DNA of 64,000 nucleotides from Octopus sinensis (Eukaryota). The position numbers were made by a program, and so were the translations under genes. The notes beneath the pieces were generated by a model, which saw only the letters and a program-made list of their open reading frames with translations, searched no databases and was not told the DNA's origin. Location of the stretch: the NCBI RefSeq assembly GCF_006345805.1, contig NC_043013.1, positions 47,492,001 through 47,556,000 on the forward strand. The letters are read 5' to 3'. Each line of letters starts with the position of its first letter. Position 1 is the first letter of the stretch. This document shows positions 1 to 11,884 of the stretch, piece by piece.

Positions 1-286
1 CACAGGCACGTTTACCCTTAACGTAGTTCTCGGGGAGATCCAGCGTACTCAGTGTGACAAAGCTGACCCTTTGAAATACAGGTACAACAGAAACAGGATG
101 AAAGAGCGAGAGAAAGTTGTGGTGAAAGAGTACAGCAGGGTTCCCACCCCACTCCCTGCCAGAGTCTCGTGGAGCTTTAAGTATTTTCGCTCAATAAACA
201 CTCACAACGTCCGGTCTAGGAATCAAAACCGCGATCCCACGACCGCGATTCCGTTGCCCTAAGCACTGGGACATTGCACCTCCACA
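1..286 (-). mobile_element. tRNA-derived SINE, head H1 + tail T1 (3' part cut by window edge)
   Basis: Reverse complement matches 29209-29593 (head TGTGGAGGYGCAATG..CCAGTG.TTAGGGCA, body GTGTTTATTGAGCGAAAA, tail GAGAACTACGTTAAGGGT). Confidence 0.85.
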
Positions 287-503
287 TGTTACAAGACACT
301 TCACTAATCTCAAAATCAGATTTAGGCTAAGCTACCTGTGAAACAATCTGTACGTTTAAAGTGTAATGATCTAAAATAAAAGAAGACCGTAAAATACTTC
401 ATAAAATTCAGTCATAATTAGATCCACTATTTTTCTCACCTTTAATTTCACATTTTATAAATACAACTTACCATCACTTGACGCCCCGATACACTGTGAC
501 AAT

Positions 504-718
504 TTAAATTAAAATTTTGGTGCAAGGCGAGCAATTTCAGGGGAGGCAGTAAGTCAATTACATCGTTCCCTGTACCCAGCTGGTACTTCTTTATCGATCC
601 CGAAAGGATTAAAGGCAAAGTCGATCTCGACGAAATTCGAACTCATAACGTAAAGACGAACGAAATGCTGCTAAGCATTTGGCCCAATACGGTAACGATT
701 CTGCCAGCTCACTGCTTG
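504..718 (-). mobile_element. Abundant tRNA-derived SINE (GAGCTGGCAGAATCGTT family, tail A)
   Basis: Matches many other copies in the window; 13-bp direct repeat ACACTGTGACAAT at 491-503 and 719-731 (TSD). Confidence 0.85.
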
Positions 719-928
719 ACACTGTGACAATGTGAAGCGCCTTGAATGACGGGCACATACATGTTTTGAGAATAGGATCCTCTGATATTTGCCCAATCAG
801 CATCTTCGTCTTTTAGACCCCACCCCTCCCCAAAAAAAGAACAAAACTCCAAAATATATAGAACACTACTTCCGTAGCAAAAGTCTTATTACTACCATCA
901 CTGCACTTTTGATAACCATATGTATTTA

Positions 929-943
<15 letters not shown>

Positions 944-987
<44 letters not shown>

Positions 988-989
988 CA

Positions 990-1020
<31 letters not shown>

Positions 1021-1109
1021 AATTATTATTATTATTATTATTATTATTATCATCATCATCATCATCATCATCATCATTATCATTATTATTATAATTATTA
1101 TTATTATTA

Positions 1110-1167
<58 letters not shown>

Positions 1168-1200
1168 CATCATCACCATCATCATCATCATCATCATCAC
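944..1200. repeat. (ATT)n/(ATC)n microsatellite
   Basis: Direct inspection. Confidence 0.98.
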
Positions 1201-1523
1201 CTTCCATCTCATCCACACACAACTTTATAAAATCTACTAGCGCCACACTCAAATCTTCCCTCTATTTTCCATTTTAACAGTTTTCACGAAAAAAATATAC
1301 TCCCAATGATTTATCAGAGATTTTAAACAATTGTTCTTATGAGTTTTTCAAAAATATTTCAAGGTTTTTACTAAGAATTAATAATGAATACACTTTATAA
1401 AGAGTTTTATTGCTATTTTTAGAAAAATCATTTAAGTATATTACCGGAATATATTTGTCAATTTCGTGAACATCACTATAACCATGATTATTACTAGCAA
1501 CAGTATCATTATTATTATTATTA

Positions 1524-1556
<33 letters not shown>

Positions 1557-1617
1557 TATTATTATTATTATTGTTATTATTATCATCATCATTATTATTA
1601 TTATTGTTATTATTATT

Positions 1618-2163
1618 GAGTGAGAGAGCAGTTCATGCCATCAAAGTGACACTGGGGTAAAATATATGAAGCCCAATATACCCATCATGACTACCCGTCT
1701 GATAAAGGCACACCAGGCACATGCATCACAACCATATGTGCGCGACATGGTGATCTCATATCAAGATAAACAGCACATGACCTTGCAGGTGGGGCCCAGT
1801 TAGAATTTTCTTCAGGTTGAGTAGCCCATCCCGCTCAAACGGTCCCTAAATAAGGGTTGTTTAAGGATGTTGAAAGAACCACCCATGTTTCCAGAGGTGA
1901 ATTATTCAAACCCCACAGAATCCCTCTCAACACATGGCTATGATGCTCCCCCACTACTTCTGCTCGTGATCAGAGATGCACATATCGTCAGCCACTAAGG
2001 GACATGCTCAACTGGTTAAGGTAAAACAACTGACAAGCAAATCTGTGGTATTGAGCAGAATATTTGCTGTAGCCCATCTTTTATACCAAGACAAAACAAT
2101 GTACATGATAACACTTGCAATCAGTTAAGATCAGAAGCCATGAGAGCCATTGCCTGGTACTGC
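1618..2163 (-). mobile_element. ~555-bp non-coding (TAA)n-embedded element, copy 1
   Basis: Highly similar to 6815-7370, 55869-56422 and 56472-56919; ATT tracts on both sides; lacks about 10 nt at the high-coordinate end. Confidence 0.85.
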
Positions 2164-2180
2164 TATTATTATTATTATTA

Positions 2181-2226
<46 letters not shown>

Positions 2227-2300
2227 CATCATCATTATTATTATCATTATTATTATTATTATCATTATTATTATTATTATGATTATCATTATTATTATTA

Positions 2301-2331
<31 letters not shown>

Positions 2332-2386
2332 CATTTTATTATTATTATCATTATTATTATTATTATTATTATCATTATTATTATTA

Positions 2387-2426
<40 letters not shown>

Positions 2427-2536
2427 CATTTTATTATTATTATTATTATTATTATTATCATTATTATTATTATTGTTATTATTATTATTATTATTATTAT
2501 CATTTTATTATTATTATCATTATTATTATTATCATG

Positions 2537-2577
<41 letters not shown>

Positions 2578-2680
2578 CAACATTATAATTATCATTATTA
2601 TTATTATTATTATTATCATTATTATTGTTATTATCATCATCATCATCATCATCATCACTATCATTATCATTATTATTGTT
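2164..2680. repeat. (ATT)n compound microsatellite
   Basis: Direct inspection. Confidence 0.98.
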
Positions 2681-2939
2681 GTTGTTGTTTTTGTTCTTAT
2701 TGCTTTTGTTGTTTTTTTTATACTTTCGTTGTTGATGTCGCTATTAATTTGTTTTTACATTTTTATAACTTTTTAGCTTTGCTTACCCAGATTTTTACTC
2801 CCACATTTATTTTTATTAGTTATATTTTTCTCCTGTTTTAGATTTTGCACGTATTATATTTCTATTAATCTATTTCTAAATAAAATTTAAATTTATTTAA
2901 ATATTTATATTATTTTTTTTTGCATACTTCACTTGTTAA

Positions 2940-3170
2940 TCTTCAGCCATGATTCAAACTATCACAGCTACTACTAACAGTTACCTCTCATACAAATAGA
3001 TTTTGAATATTCCACTTACCATGGCCAACAGACAATCGATTCCAGAAGTCTAGTTTCTTTTTATGTACATGACCTGATCCTATTGTCATCATCCAAAATA
3101 AAAGCTTTCCTCTTCTCCCCCACTCCTGACATAATGATAAACAGAACAACTAATAAATAATCATTCCCAC
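2940..3170 (-). mobile_element. Possible very degraded R4/Dong endonuclease-region fragment
   Basis: Minus-strand KLLFWMMTIGSGHVHKKKLDF resembles the K..WD..I.TD......PD motif of R4 RLE; a (TAA)n tract lies about 260 bp 3' of it. Confidence 0.3.
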
Positions 3171-3184
3171 GAGTCGTGAGTCCT

Positions 3185-3560
3185 GTTTTTATTGAACAAT
3201 GCACCAGGACACAAAGTACACGATACTCTTTGGAAAATACGCGACTTTGGCTTTGAATTGGTAGATCACACATCTTTCTCTCCAGACTTGTCTCCCTCCG
3301 ACTGTCATCTCTTTCCACAACCGAAGAAACATCTCAAGGGAACAAAATATCACACCCATTTAGAAGTGATCACTGTTCCAGAGGCCTGGTTGGAAACCCA
3401 ACCTTCCGAGTTGTTTATACTGGGCTTAGAAAAACTGAAAGACAGTTGCAATAAGAGTGCGAATCTGAGAAGGGAATATATTGAATAAATTCATAAGTAA
3501 CTGATCTTCTCGTATTTTCTTTTACCTAAAGATAGGAACTTTTCACCTCACTCAGCACAC
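3185..3560 (+). mobile_element. Mariner transposase C-terminal relic
   Basis: ORF 3192-3488: NNAPGH..FSPDLSPSDCHLFP..KKHLKG..GLEKL..EYIE is a degenerate HDNAPAH/YSPDLAPSD mariner C-terminus. Confidence 0.85.
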
Positions 3561-3639
3561 TCAGTGAAATACCTTAACTAATGCAATGAAGCTCACAAAT
3601 GCAAACCCATAAACACATGTTGTCATTGTTGTTCCTCCC

Positions 3640-3801
3640 CCTTCTTCTTCTTCTTCTTCTTCTTCTTCTTCTTCTTCTTCTTCTTCTTCTTCTCCACCTC
3701 CTTCTTCTACTTCTTCTTCTCCTCGTCCTCCTCCTCCTCCTTCTCCTTCTTTTTTCTTTTTCTTCTTCTTCTTCTTCTTCTTCTTATTATTATTATTATC
3801 A

Positions 3802-3877
<76 letters not shown>
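3640..3877. repeat. (CTT)n grading into (ATT)n
   Basis: Direct inspection. Confidence 0.97.
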
Positions 3878-3879
<2 letters not shown>

Positions 3880-5716
3880 AGTCTCTATTAAGGAATTTAT
3901 CTCTTTTTCATTCTTACTAAAAAGCTTCAGATCATCAATGTAGAGCAAATGGTTAATTTTTCCATTACTATTTCTGAACTGATACCCTGCCTTTGTATTC
4001 CTTAATACTAAACTGAGGGGTACCAAACATAAGTCAAATATTAACTGGAAAATTATTCTTTTGATATTAACTTTCCCTAAGAGTAAGTCACCTGAGTATA
4101 GATCTACTTTCCATTTCTTCAGGCAAGAGCCAATTAATTCTCATATGTTGCCTCCTATACTGAACATACTCAAACATTCACTTATCCATGAATGTGGGAT
4201 GATGGCATTGGCTTTCCATGCTATTGCTAGATTTTTCTTTCTAGCTTTTACTTCATTTAGAACTGCTTTGACTATATATAATAGGTCATACGTTCCTCTA
4301 CCCTTCTTCCTGCAACCTTTCTGTTCTTCTGGTAGTAAATTCTGGTTGTCAAGGTGCTCCTAAATGCTTTCAGAAAGTAAGAATTCCTGTAAGCAGTTTC
4401 CACACTGATGGTAAGCAAGTGATTGGTCTATAGTTACTACCTGTACTACCCTTGCTCTTATCCTTCATAATGAGCATTGTCCTCTCTCTAGTCATCCAAT
4501 CGGGTATTATACCTCCATTAAGGCAATCCTGGAGGTGTTCCCTCAGCCGCACCCCCTGTAAACTACTGAATTTCTTTAGCCAGTACCCTGGAACTAAATC
4601 TGGTCCTCGGCCCTTCCAATTTGGCATTTTTCTAACACTTTACTCATTAATGCACTAGTTAGTCTTAGATCTGGCTGCTTCTCATTCACTACTTCTTCCC
4701 CCATTTTCTTTACCCATACTGCATCTCCATTATGATTGACTGGTTTATCTCAAATATTACTCCAGAACTTTCTAGCTTCCTCTGTATTAGGTTTCTCATC
4801 TTCAGTACTTCGTTCTCCACTATTTGTTTGGTTATATAATCTCCTCTGCTCTGTCTCAAATAATCTATTCTGATGATACTGATCTAGTCTTTTCTGATAT
4901 CTGGAAAGCTTCTCTGCTACTGCTATGATCGGCTAATTTAATCCTTTCTCTTTGATTAAGTATCTTTCCTCGAAGCAACGTTTGCATCTTGTGTTTCCTA
5001 AATTTAAACATACCCTTGTCTACACAGTGTTAACATCCGTTTCATATAACCCCTTCTTTTAGGTCCACTTTCTAAGTAGTACTGTATCACTAGCCTGTTT
5101 TCTTCGCTGGTCCACTCCCCCCCCCTTGTTGTATCATCTCCTGATGCTGTATTAAGATGGCAGCTGTTGTCAGTCTGCATCATTACAGATCCCCTAAAGG
5201 TCCAGCTTCATTTTCGCTATTACAACTAGAGTTTTCCAGAAACTCCTATCTCTCATAAACTGAGGTAAGGTAACGTTCGTCACAATCATCACCGCTACTA
5301 TTATTTCTCGACATCTGAAAATTTCAAGCAGCTTTCTATTGCATCATTTGTTGCTCCTTTGTTCTGGCGAGGTGGTGTGTGCTGCATTTTTTGTGGGTGG
5401 GGGGATATTGTATTTTATCAGTACGCTTTCTTAAGAGGTTTTGTTTGAGTCTTCGGTTGTATTAGTTTTTATAGTGTGTTGTTTGTGTAGCGCAGGTCGG
5501 GTTCTTCTGCCGAGTATAAGCCTTCTATGGCACATGTGGGTTTCGTTCATCTTGTTGAGTATTTACAGTATGAGTTCATTCTTTAATGTTTTTGGAGGGG
5601 TGTTGCAGAGTAGCGTGTGTATGTAGGTGTAACTCTTAAATCATCTTTTTATAGTATTTATTATTATCCGTCCGCCATTCCCTTGTTCGGTTGTGTTACG
5701 GATTCTGTTAACTATT
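3878..5716 (-). mobile_element. R4/Dong-clade non-LTR retrotransposon, 5' half through RT motif C (degraded)
   Basis: WKGRGPDLVPGYWLKKF, NYRPITCLPSVWKLLTGI, EEQKGCRK and HLLYIDDLKLF are R4/Dong RT signatures; bounded by ATT tracts. Confidence 0.9.
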
Positions 5717-5735
5717 AATTATTATTATTATTATT

Positions 5736-6047
5736 CTGTTTGACTTTTGCTTTATATTTGTACAAGTTGGCTCCAAGTCTCACCCAGAGACCTCAAGAGA
5801 CAACAGGGTTGGAAGTTCATGTTGTTGATATGCCTAGTGTGCCATATATTTGGGGGGTGGGGATGTTGTACTAATGAATGTCTAAAAAAAAAGTTTTTTT
5901 TTTTTTTTTTTAAACCGAAAATTATGTTTGTTTTAAACCTTGAGATTACATAGAGAGTATTTTGCGTAGGATATGAGCAGTTCCCATGAGCACTATCTTT
6001 TGAACTTCTGCCATTTTTGGGTTTCCTGGTATCTGAGTTAGGTAGCT
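5736..6047 (-). mobile_element. R4/Dong 3' end, family A
   Basis: Minus strand reads IPGNPKMAEVQKIVLMGTAHILRKILSM*, then a 3' UTR ending in (AAT)n. Confidence 0.85.
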
Positions 6048-6052
6048 ATTAC

Positions 6053-6121
<69 letters not shown>

Positions 6122-6216
6122 GTTATTATTATTATTATCATTATTATTATTATTATTAATAATAATAATAATAATAATAATAATCATTATTATTATTATT
6201 GTTATTATTATTATTA

Positions 6217-6260
<44 letters not shown>

Positions 6261-6279
6261 CATTATCACTATTATTATT

Positions 6280-6672
6280 TTCTTTCAATTCTGCTTCGTT
6301 TTCTTGCCAAGGGCCTTCCTGACATCCGGGGCAGAGACACGCACTGTATACATTTGTAGGCCATTAAAATAATCACACCAGATTGTTCATTTACAAAGTC
6401 ATGTGATAGAAAAAAAAGAAGAAAATCAGAGAGAAAATAAAAAATAAAATATAAAATTAAACAAGGAAAATAAAGAAAAGCAGATTCACAGCAACGATAC
6501 TCTTCTCAATACGTGTGACGTACTAAGTTAACACAATCTTTTGCTTTTCTTGTATGGATGGTAATCCAGGGATCATTCTCAAATAATTTTCAGTCTCTTT
6601 ACTGATCATTTCAAGTGATCCTACAATCACTGGTATTGTAACCGTCTTATGATGCTATCTTTGCTCCAATTA
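6280..6672 (-). mobile_element. R4/Dong 3' end, family B
   Basis: Minus strand reads KTVTIPVIVGSLEMISKETENYLRMIPGLPSIQEKQKIVLT; 3' UTR matches 55470-55860; (TAA)n tail. Confidence 0.85.
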
Positions 6673-6814
6673 CTGTGTGGTATTATCAAATGTTGCTGTT
6701 GTCGTTGTTGTTTTTCTTCTTCTTCTTCTTCTTTCTTCTTCTTCTTCTTCTTCTTATTATTATTATTATTATATTATTATTATTATTATTATTATCATTA
6801 TTATTATTATTATT

Positions 6815-7368
6815 GAGTGAGCGAGCAGAGCATGCCATCAAAATGACACTGGGGTAAAATATACGAAGCCCAGTATACCCATCATGACTACCTGTCTGAT
6901 AAGGGTACACCAGGCACATGCATCACAACCATATGTGCGCGACATGGTGATCTCATATCAAGATAAACAGCGCATGACCTTGCAGGTGGGGCCCAGTTAG
7001 AATTTTCTTCAGATCGAGTAACCCATCCCACTCAAAAGGTCCCTGAATAAGGGTTGTTTAAGGATGTTGAACGAAACACCCATGTTTCCAGAGGTGAATT
7101 ATTCAAACCCCAAAGAATCCTTCTCAACACTTGGCTATGATGTTCCCCCACTACTTCTGCTCGTGATCAGAGATGCACATATCGTCAGCCACTAAGGGAC
7201 ATGCTCAACTGGTTAAGGTCAAATAACTGACAAGCAAATCTGTGGTATTGAGCAGAATATTTGCTGTAGCCCATCTTTTATACCAAGACAAAACAATGTA
7301 CATGATAACACTTCCAATCAGTTAAGATCAGAAGCCATGAGAGCCACTGCCTTGTACTGCATCAGGGC

Positions 7369-7370
<2 letters not shown>
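6815..7370 (-). mobile_element. ~555-bp (TAA)n-embedded element, copy 2 (apparently full length)
   Basis: Runs GAGTGAG... to ...CATCAGGGCAT; ATT tracts on both sides. Confidence 0.88.
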
Positions 7371-7437
<67 letters not shown>

Positions 7438-7537
7438 CATTATTATTATTATTATTAATTATTATTATTATCATTATTATTTTTTTATTATTATTATTAT
7501 TAATTATTATTATTATCACTATTATTATTATTATCAC

Positions 7538-7569
<32 letters not shown>

Positions 7570-7685
7570 ATTATTATCACTATTATTATTATTATATTAT
7601 TATTATTATTATTCATTATTATTATCATATTATTATTATTATATTATTATTATTATTATTATTATTATCATCATTATTATTATTA

Positions 7686-7723
<38 letters not shown>

Positions 7724-7733
7724 TATCATTCCT

Positions 7734-7935
7734 AAGGCACTGAGCTGGCAGGATCGATAGCACGCCGGAAGAATTGCTTAGCGGTGTTTCGTCCGTCTTC
7801 CCGTTCTGAATTCAAAATCACCGAGGCCGACTTTGCTTTTCATCCTTTTGGGGTCGATAAATCAAGTTGAACACTGGGATCGATGTAATCGATACGTCCC
7901 CAAAAGAGCTGCCTTTGTGACAGAATTTGAAACCA
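7734..7935 (+). mobile_element. GAGCTGGCAG-family SINE, tail A
   Basis: Head GAGCTGGCAGGATCG, B-box-like GTTCTGAATTC, central CTTTTCATCC..GGGGTCGATAAA. Confidence 0.8.
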
Positions 7936-8237
7936 TTATTATTGTTGCTGCTGCTGTTGTTGTTGTTGTTGTTGTTGTTTTCAGAAACATGGAGAATTGT
8001 TTAGTTCCTGTATTTGTAAAATGAAGTCAGAAGGAATTGTGATTTTTTTTTGGTCTCATTTTCGTATATTCTCTTCATTTAGATTGTTTCATTGGTCTGC
8101 AGGAAGGTGCGGTGCCGATAACATTCGAAAGCCCTCCGTAGTTGCAAGGGAGACAAAATCAGAAACGCAATAACGAAATTACAGCAACAGCAGCTGTTTA
8201 TGCCACAGGGTGTGCGTGTGCGTGCGTGCGTGCGTGC

Positions 8238-8320
<83 letters not shown>

Positions 8321-9627
8321 CTGACGTGAGAGTGTGTTTGTGTTTATTAGATATATGTTTATGCCTGTATATATCTGCATAGTATTATGGGGGCACTACA
8401 ACAATAAGACAACTGTAGAAATTGTAATCCTATACTGCAATTATGGTAAAGAAAGCAGTACATTAGCAACAATCACTCCATAAGGATATCAACAAGCAGA
8501 ACAACCACCACCACCACCACTAACAACAACAACAACAACGTCAATGAATTATAAAGACAAATGCGTGATCCACATTACAGAAATGCATCGAAGTGTAAAT
8601 TTGTGAAAAAAATCTTTGGAATATATGAATATAATTGCAGTTGTCAGATAGGCACTTACTTGAAAACTGATAAAGAACGGATGGTCAGTTTGAATTTACG
8701 TAATCAGGGAATCATGTCTCCTATAGCACTCATTGCAGGTCGGACATGATGGAATGGCCCTTTGATAGCAAAATTACGTAAGAACACAGGTGTAACTATA
8801 TAGCTATGATTAATATGGTAACACTAAATAATCGCATTATGATGACGTGAACGTCATCGGCTGGCCTCGAGTGACAGAGCTATGGTGTTACATACAATTC
8901 CCTCTGTCTTTCCTATCAGACAGCAGGGCTTCCAATGGGCTGATCAAATATTCATTTCAGGAGAATTCGTATTAGTTTACACCAGTTCAAAGGATTTAAC
9001 TTATTATATCCTTTGGACATCAAATTCGTTTTTAGAACAACTTTTCCGTAATTAATGTAGCGACCAATTCTCATTTTAAATTGGTTCTCAATTTGAATAC
9101 TCTCGAGTCAAATTGGTTCTCAAATTTGTAACGGAAATTTTGTTGAGACTATTCTTCTTTGCTTAGAGACCCAGGCGAATGATCTCCGCTTCCACGAACG
9201 ATGTCATTCAGATACTTTATCATCTAAATAATACAAATTAATTCTCTGTTTAACCTTTTCGGAAGCGCTTCTTCAAAGAGATTAGGATGGTAATACTTGC
9301 GTTTCATAGATTATTATTGCCGTGATTAATATTCAATAATAACATTTCAGTAATCAATATACAATTTTTGTTGCTTGGTGTCAAATATTGTTTTTCTGAT
9401 GACATGACAGTTTAATAAGTAAATTATGGTGAGGCCCATAGATCTTCAAAATGAATGAAAAAATTCAAGCGTAATGTTATGAGGAAAGTTATCTCTAAAG
9501 CTGAATAGAAAATCTCAAACTCACAATTTGGACGTGGTATCTGGATTCTTAGTATCGTGCTCCTTTTGACAACATCATTAGCAAAATGTCACATTATTCT
9601 ATCATAGGTTAATAGAAATCATAAATA

Positions 9628-10910
9628 TTGGGTTGTCCGGAAAGTTCGTGCCGATTTTTAAAGGAAAAAGATCAATAAATACTTGCCATTACATTTTTAA
9701 TCAACCAAATATGAACCATTTTGTTGCACAATGCGTCTCCATCTTTCCTTTAACTTGAAAATACTCTCTTCCCAGAATTGAGGTGCTTTCATGGCAAAGA
9801 ATTTATCAAGGTATCTTTTTGCGTCATCCAAGGAATTGAAATTTTTACCATTAAGACTATTCTGCAGAGACCTGAAGAAGTGGAAATCCGAAGGAGCAAT
9901 ATCTGGTGAATATGGAGGGTAAGGTAACACATCCCAGCCGAGCTGCAGCAATTTTTGTCTGGTCCCCAAACAAATGTGCGGTCTTGCATTATCATGTTGG
10001 AAAACCACACTCTTCCTGTTGGCCAATTCTGGACGTTTCTCTTGAATTGCTGCTTTTAACTCGTCCAGTTGTATGCAATATTTCTCAGAATTAGTTGTCT
10101 GGTTACTTGGGAGAAGCTCATAGTACAGAATTCCTTTCTAATCCCACCAAACACAAAGAAAGACATTTTTAGGGTGAAGACCCGCTTTTGGGGTGGCTAA
10201 GGGTGGCTCATCTCGCTTACTCCAGTATCTCTTTTTCTGAACATTTCGGTAGATAAATCATTTCTCATCACCTGTCCCAATTTGCTTAAAAAAAGGCGCG
10301 TTTTCATTCCGTTTATAAAGCGAATCACAGATGGAAATGCGATGTAAAAGGTTCTTCTCACTCAACTCACGTGGTACCCAAAGATCGTAGCGATTTGTGT
10401 ACCCAAGCTTTACCAGGTGCTCATGAACAACGGATTTTGATAGGTTGAGGCTTTCTGCCAATTCTCGGGTTGTGCAATGTGGGTTATTCTCAATTGATGA
10501 CTTGATTTGGTCATCATCTTTAGTGGATGGTCTGCCTGATCGCTCTTTATCAATAAGGCTACAATCTCCAGCTCGGAATCTTGCAAACCACTTCCGTACA
10601 GTTCTTTCGGATAAAGAAACTTTTCCGTAAACTGCGCATATTTCTTTGGTTGCTTGTGAAGCATTTTTCCCTTTACGGAAAAAGAAAAGCATCAAGTGCT
10701 GAAAATGAACTTTCTTATCTTCCATTTTAAAGGCTTACAGAATTAACACAGGTTATAGGAACATAAACCTTATTCCACGAAAAGATATCTTAAATTGTGT
10801 TCTAAATGATGGAGGTGTAGTCAAATCTTATTTTATGGACTCAACCATGTTCTAAAATAAGTCGAAACGTAAGCTGCTATAAATCGGCACGAACTTTCCG
10901 GACAACCCAA
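9628..10910 (-). mobile_element. Full-length mariner (DD34D, mellifera-subfamily-like), 1283 bp
   Basis: Perfect 30-bp TIRs TTGGGTTGTCCGGAAAGTTCGTGCCGATTT (9628-9657; 10881-10910) and TA on both flanks. Confidence 0.97.
9697..10725 (-). pseudogene. Mariner transposase, 342 codons in one frame, two premature stops
   Basis: MEDKKVHF..WVPREL..TGDEK*(TGA 10258-10260)..VWWD*(TAG 10138-10140)[26 protein letters not shown]; 34 residues between the second and third Asp; no frameshift. Confidence 0.95.
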
Positions 10911-11084
10911 TATTTCTGCACATATCTGGCGAGAACAACAAAGACATATTAATAAGATATGTGTAAATAAGAGATGTCCATTAAACCCCTAGAAAAATTT
11001 CAGGCCAAGTATTACGTACAGTTTGGAGAGGTGTATATAACAGTTGTACAGGATGAAAGCGCTGAGCAGTGATGTGTATAAATA

Positions 11085-11884
11085 CGAACTTGTTACCAGT
11101 TCAAATATGCTTAAGGCATATTCGAACCCGTATTTTGTCATGGAGAAAATTTCTCGCTGTAGACAAACGGGTGTAGACACACCAAGTCAGTTCGTAGCAA
11201 CCCTAACCATATCGGTGAATTTATGCATTTCCACAGAGTATCCCTTTCTGGTCTCTGGTGTTGAAGGGGAGATAGCCATTCCGAAATGCATGCACCAACC
11301 AGTTTGGTTAGGGAGAAGCTGCGGGCTGACTTGATGTGTTTAGACCTATCTGTCTGCAGTGAGAAATTTTTTCCGTGACAAAATACAGTGAACAGATTGG
11401 ATCTTTTCGGTTTGAACGGCAGTTTTCTCTAGCGGTGTCATATGGAATTGTCACCCATAATTATGACCTTAGTATCGATCTATTGCATTTCAATCTGTTT
11501 TAGGGTTAGGGTTAGGGTTAGGGGTGGGGGGAAGGGTATCTTTTTTTTTTTTTTACAAATGTAAATAAACCCAATCTGTTTCTTAAACGGGGGAATATTC
11601 ATACGGCACAGAATGTTTTTTTATCTCAATAGACGTCATTGATTGGTTGTAATTGCAGAAATTGAAGAAAAGAAACAACAAATATCTTACAAACTATAGA
11701 ATTTTCTCAATAAAGCCAAGACAAAAAGATGTTTTATAAACACTTTCTACCAGTGTACGAAGTTTAAAAGTGTTTAGTTACGTGGAAATTATTTTTAAAA
11801 ACTGCCGTTCAAACCGAAAAGATCCAACAGATTTCTTGCGGGTTCGAATATGCCACAAGCATATTCGAAATGGTAACGATTTTG
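11085..11884. mobile_element. MITE with ~80-bp imperfect inverted arms (TA flanks), interrupted by a Merlin-like MITE
   Basis: 11085-11168 is inverted-complementary to 11349-11387 plus 11840-11884; TA at 11083-84 and 11885-86. Confidence 0.65.
11399..11825. mobile_element. Merlin-like non-autonomous DNA transposon carrying TTAGGG repeats
   Basis: TIR GGATCTTTTCGGTTTGAACGGCAGTTTT at both ends; perfect 8-bp TSD AACAGATT (11391-98; 11826-33). Confidence 0.85.

Noticed and set aside
898-2841. Long poly-Ile/Tyr/Leu/Asn ORFs, and similar poly-YI/CV/HT ORFs throughout the window
   Set aside because: Stop-free frames of tri- and dinucleotide microsatellites; no domain content.
7290-7370. HDV-like ribozyme at the presumed 5' end of the 555-bp element
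   Set aside because: I could not fit P1/P3/L3 by eye; needs a descriptor search.
8841-8858. Palindrome GATGACGT-GA-ACGTCATC with two half-CRE sites
   Set aside because: An 8-bp stem is expected by chance in 64 kb; no supporting context.
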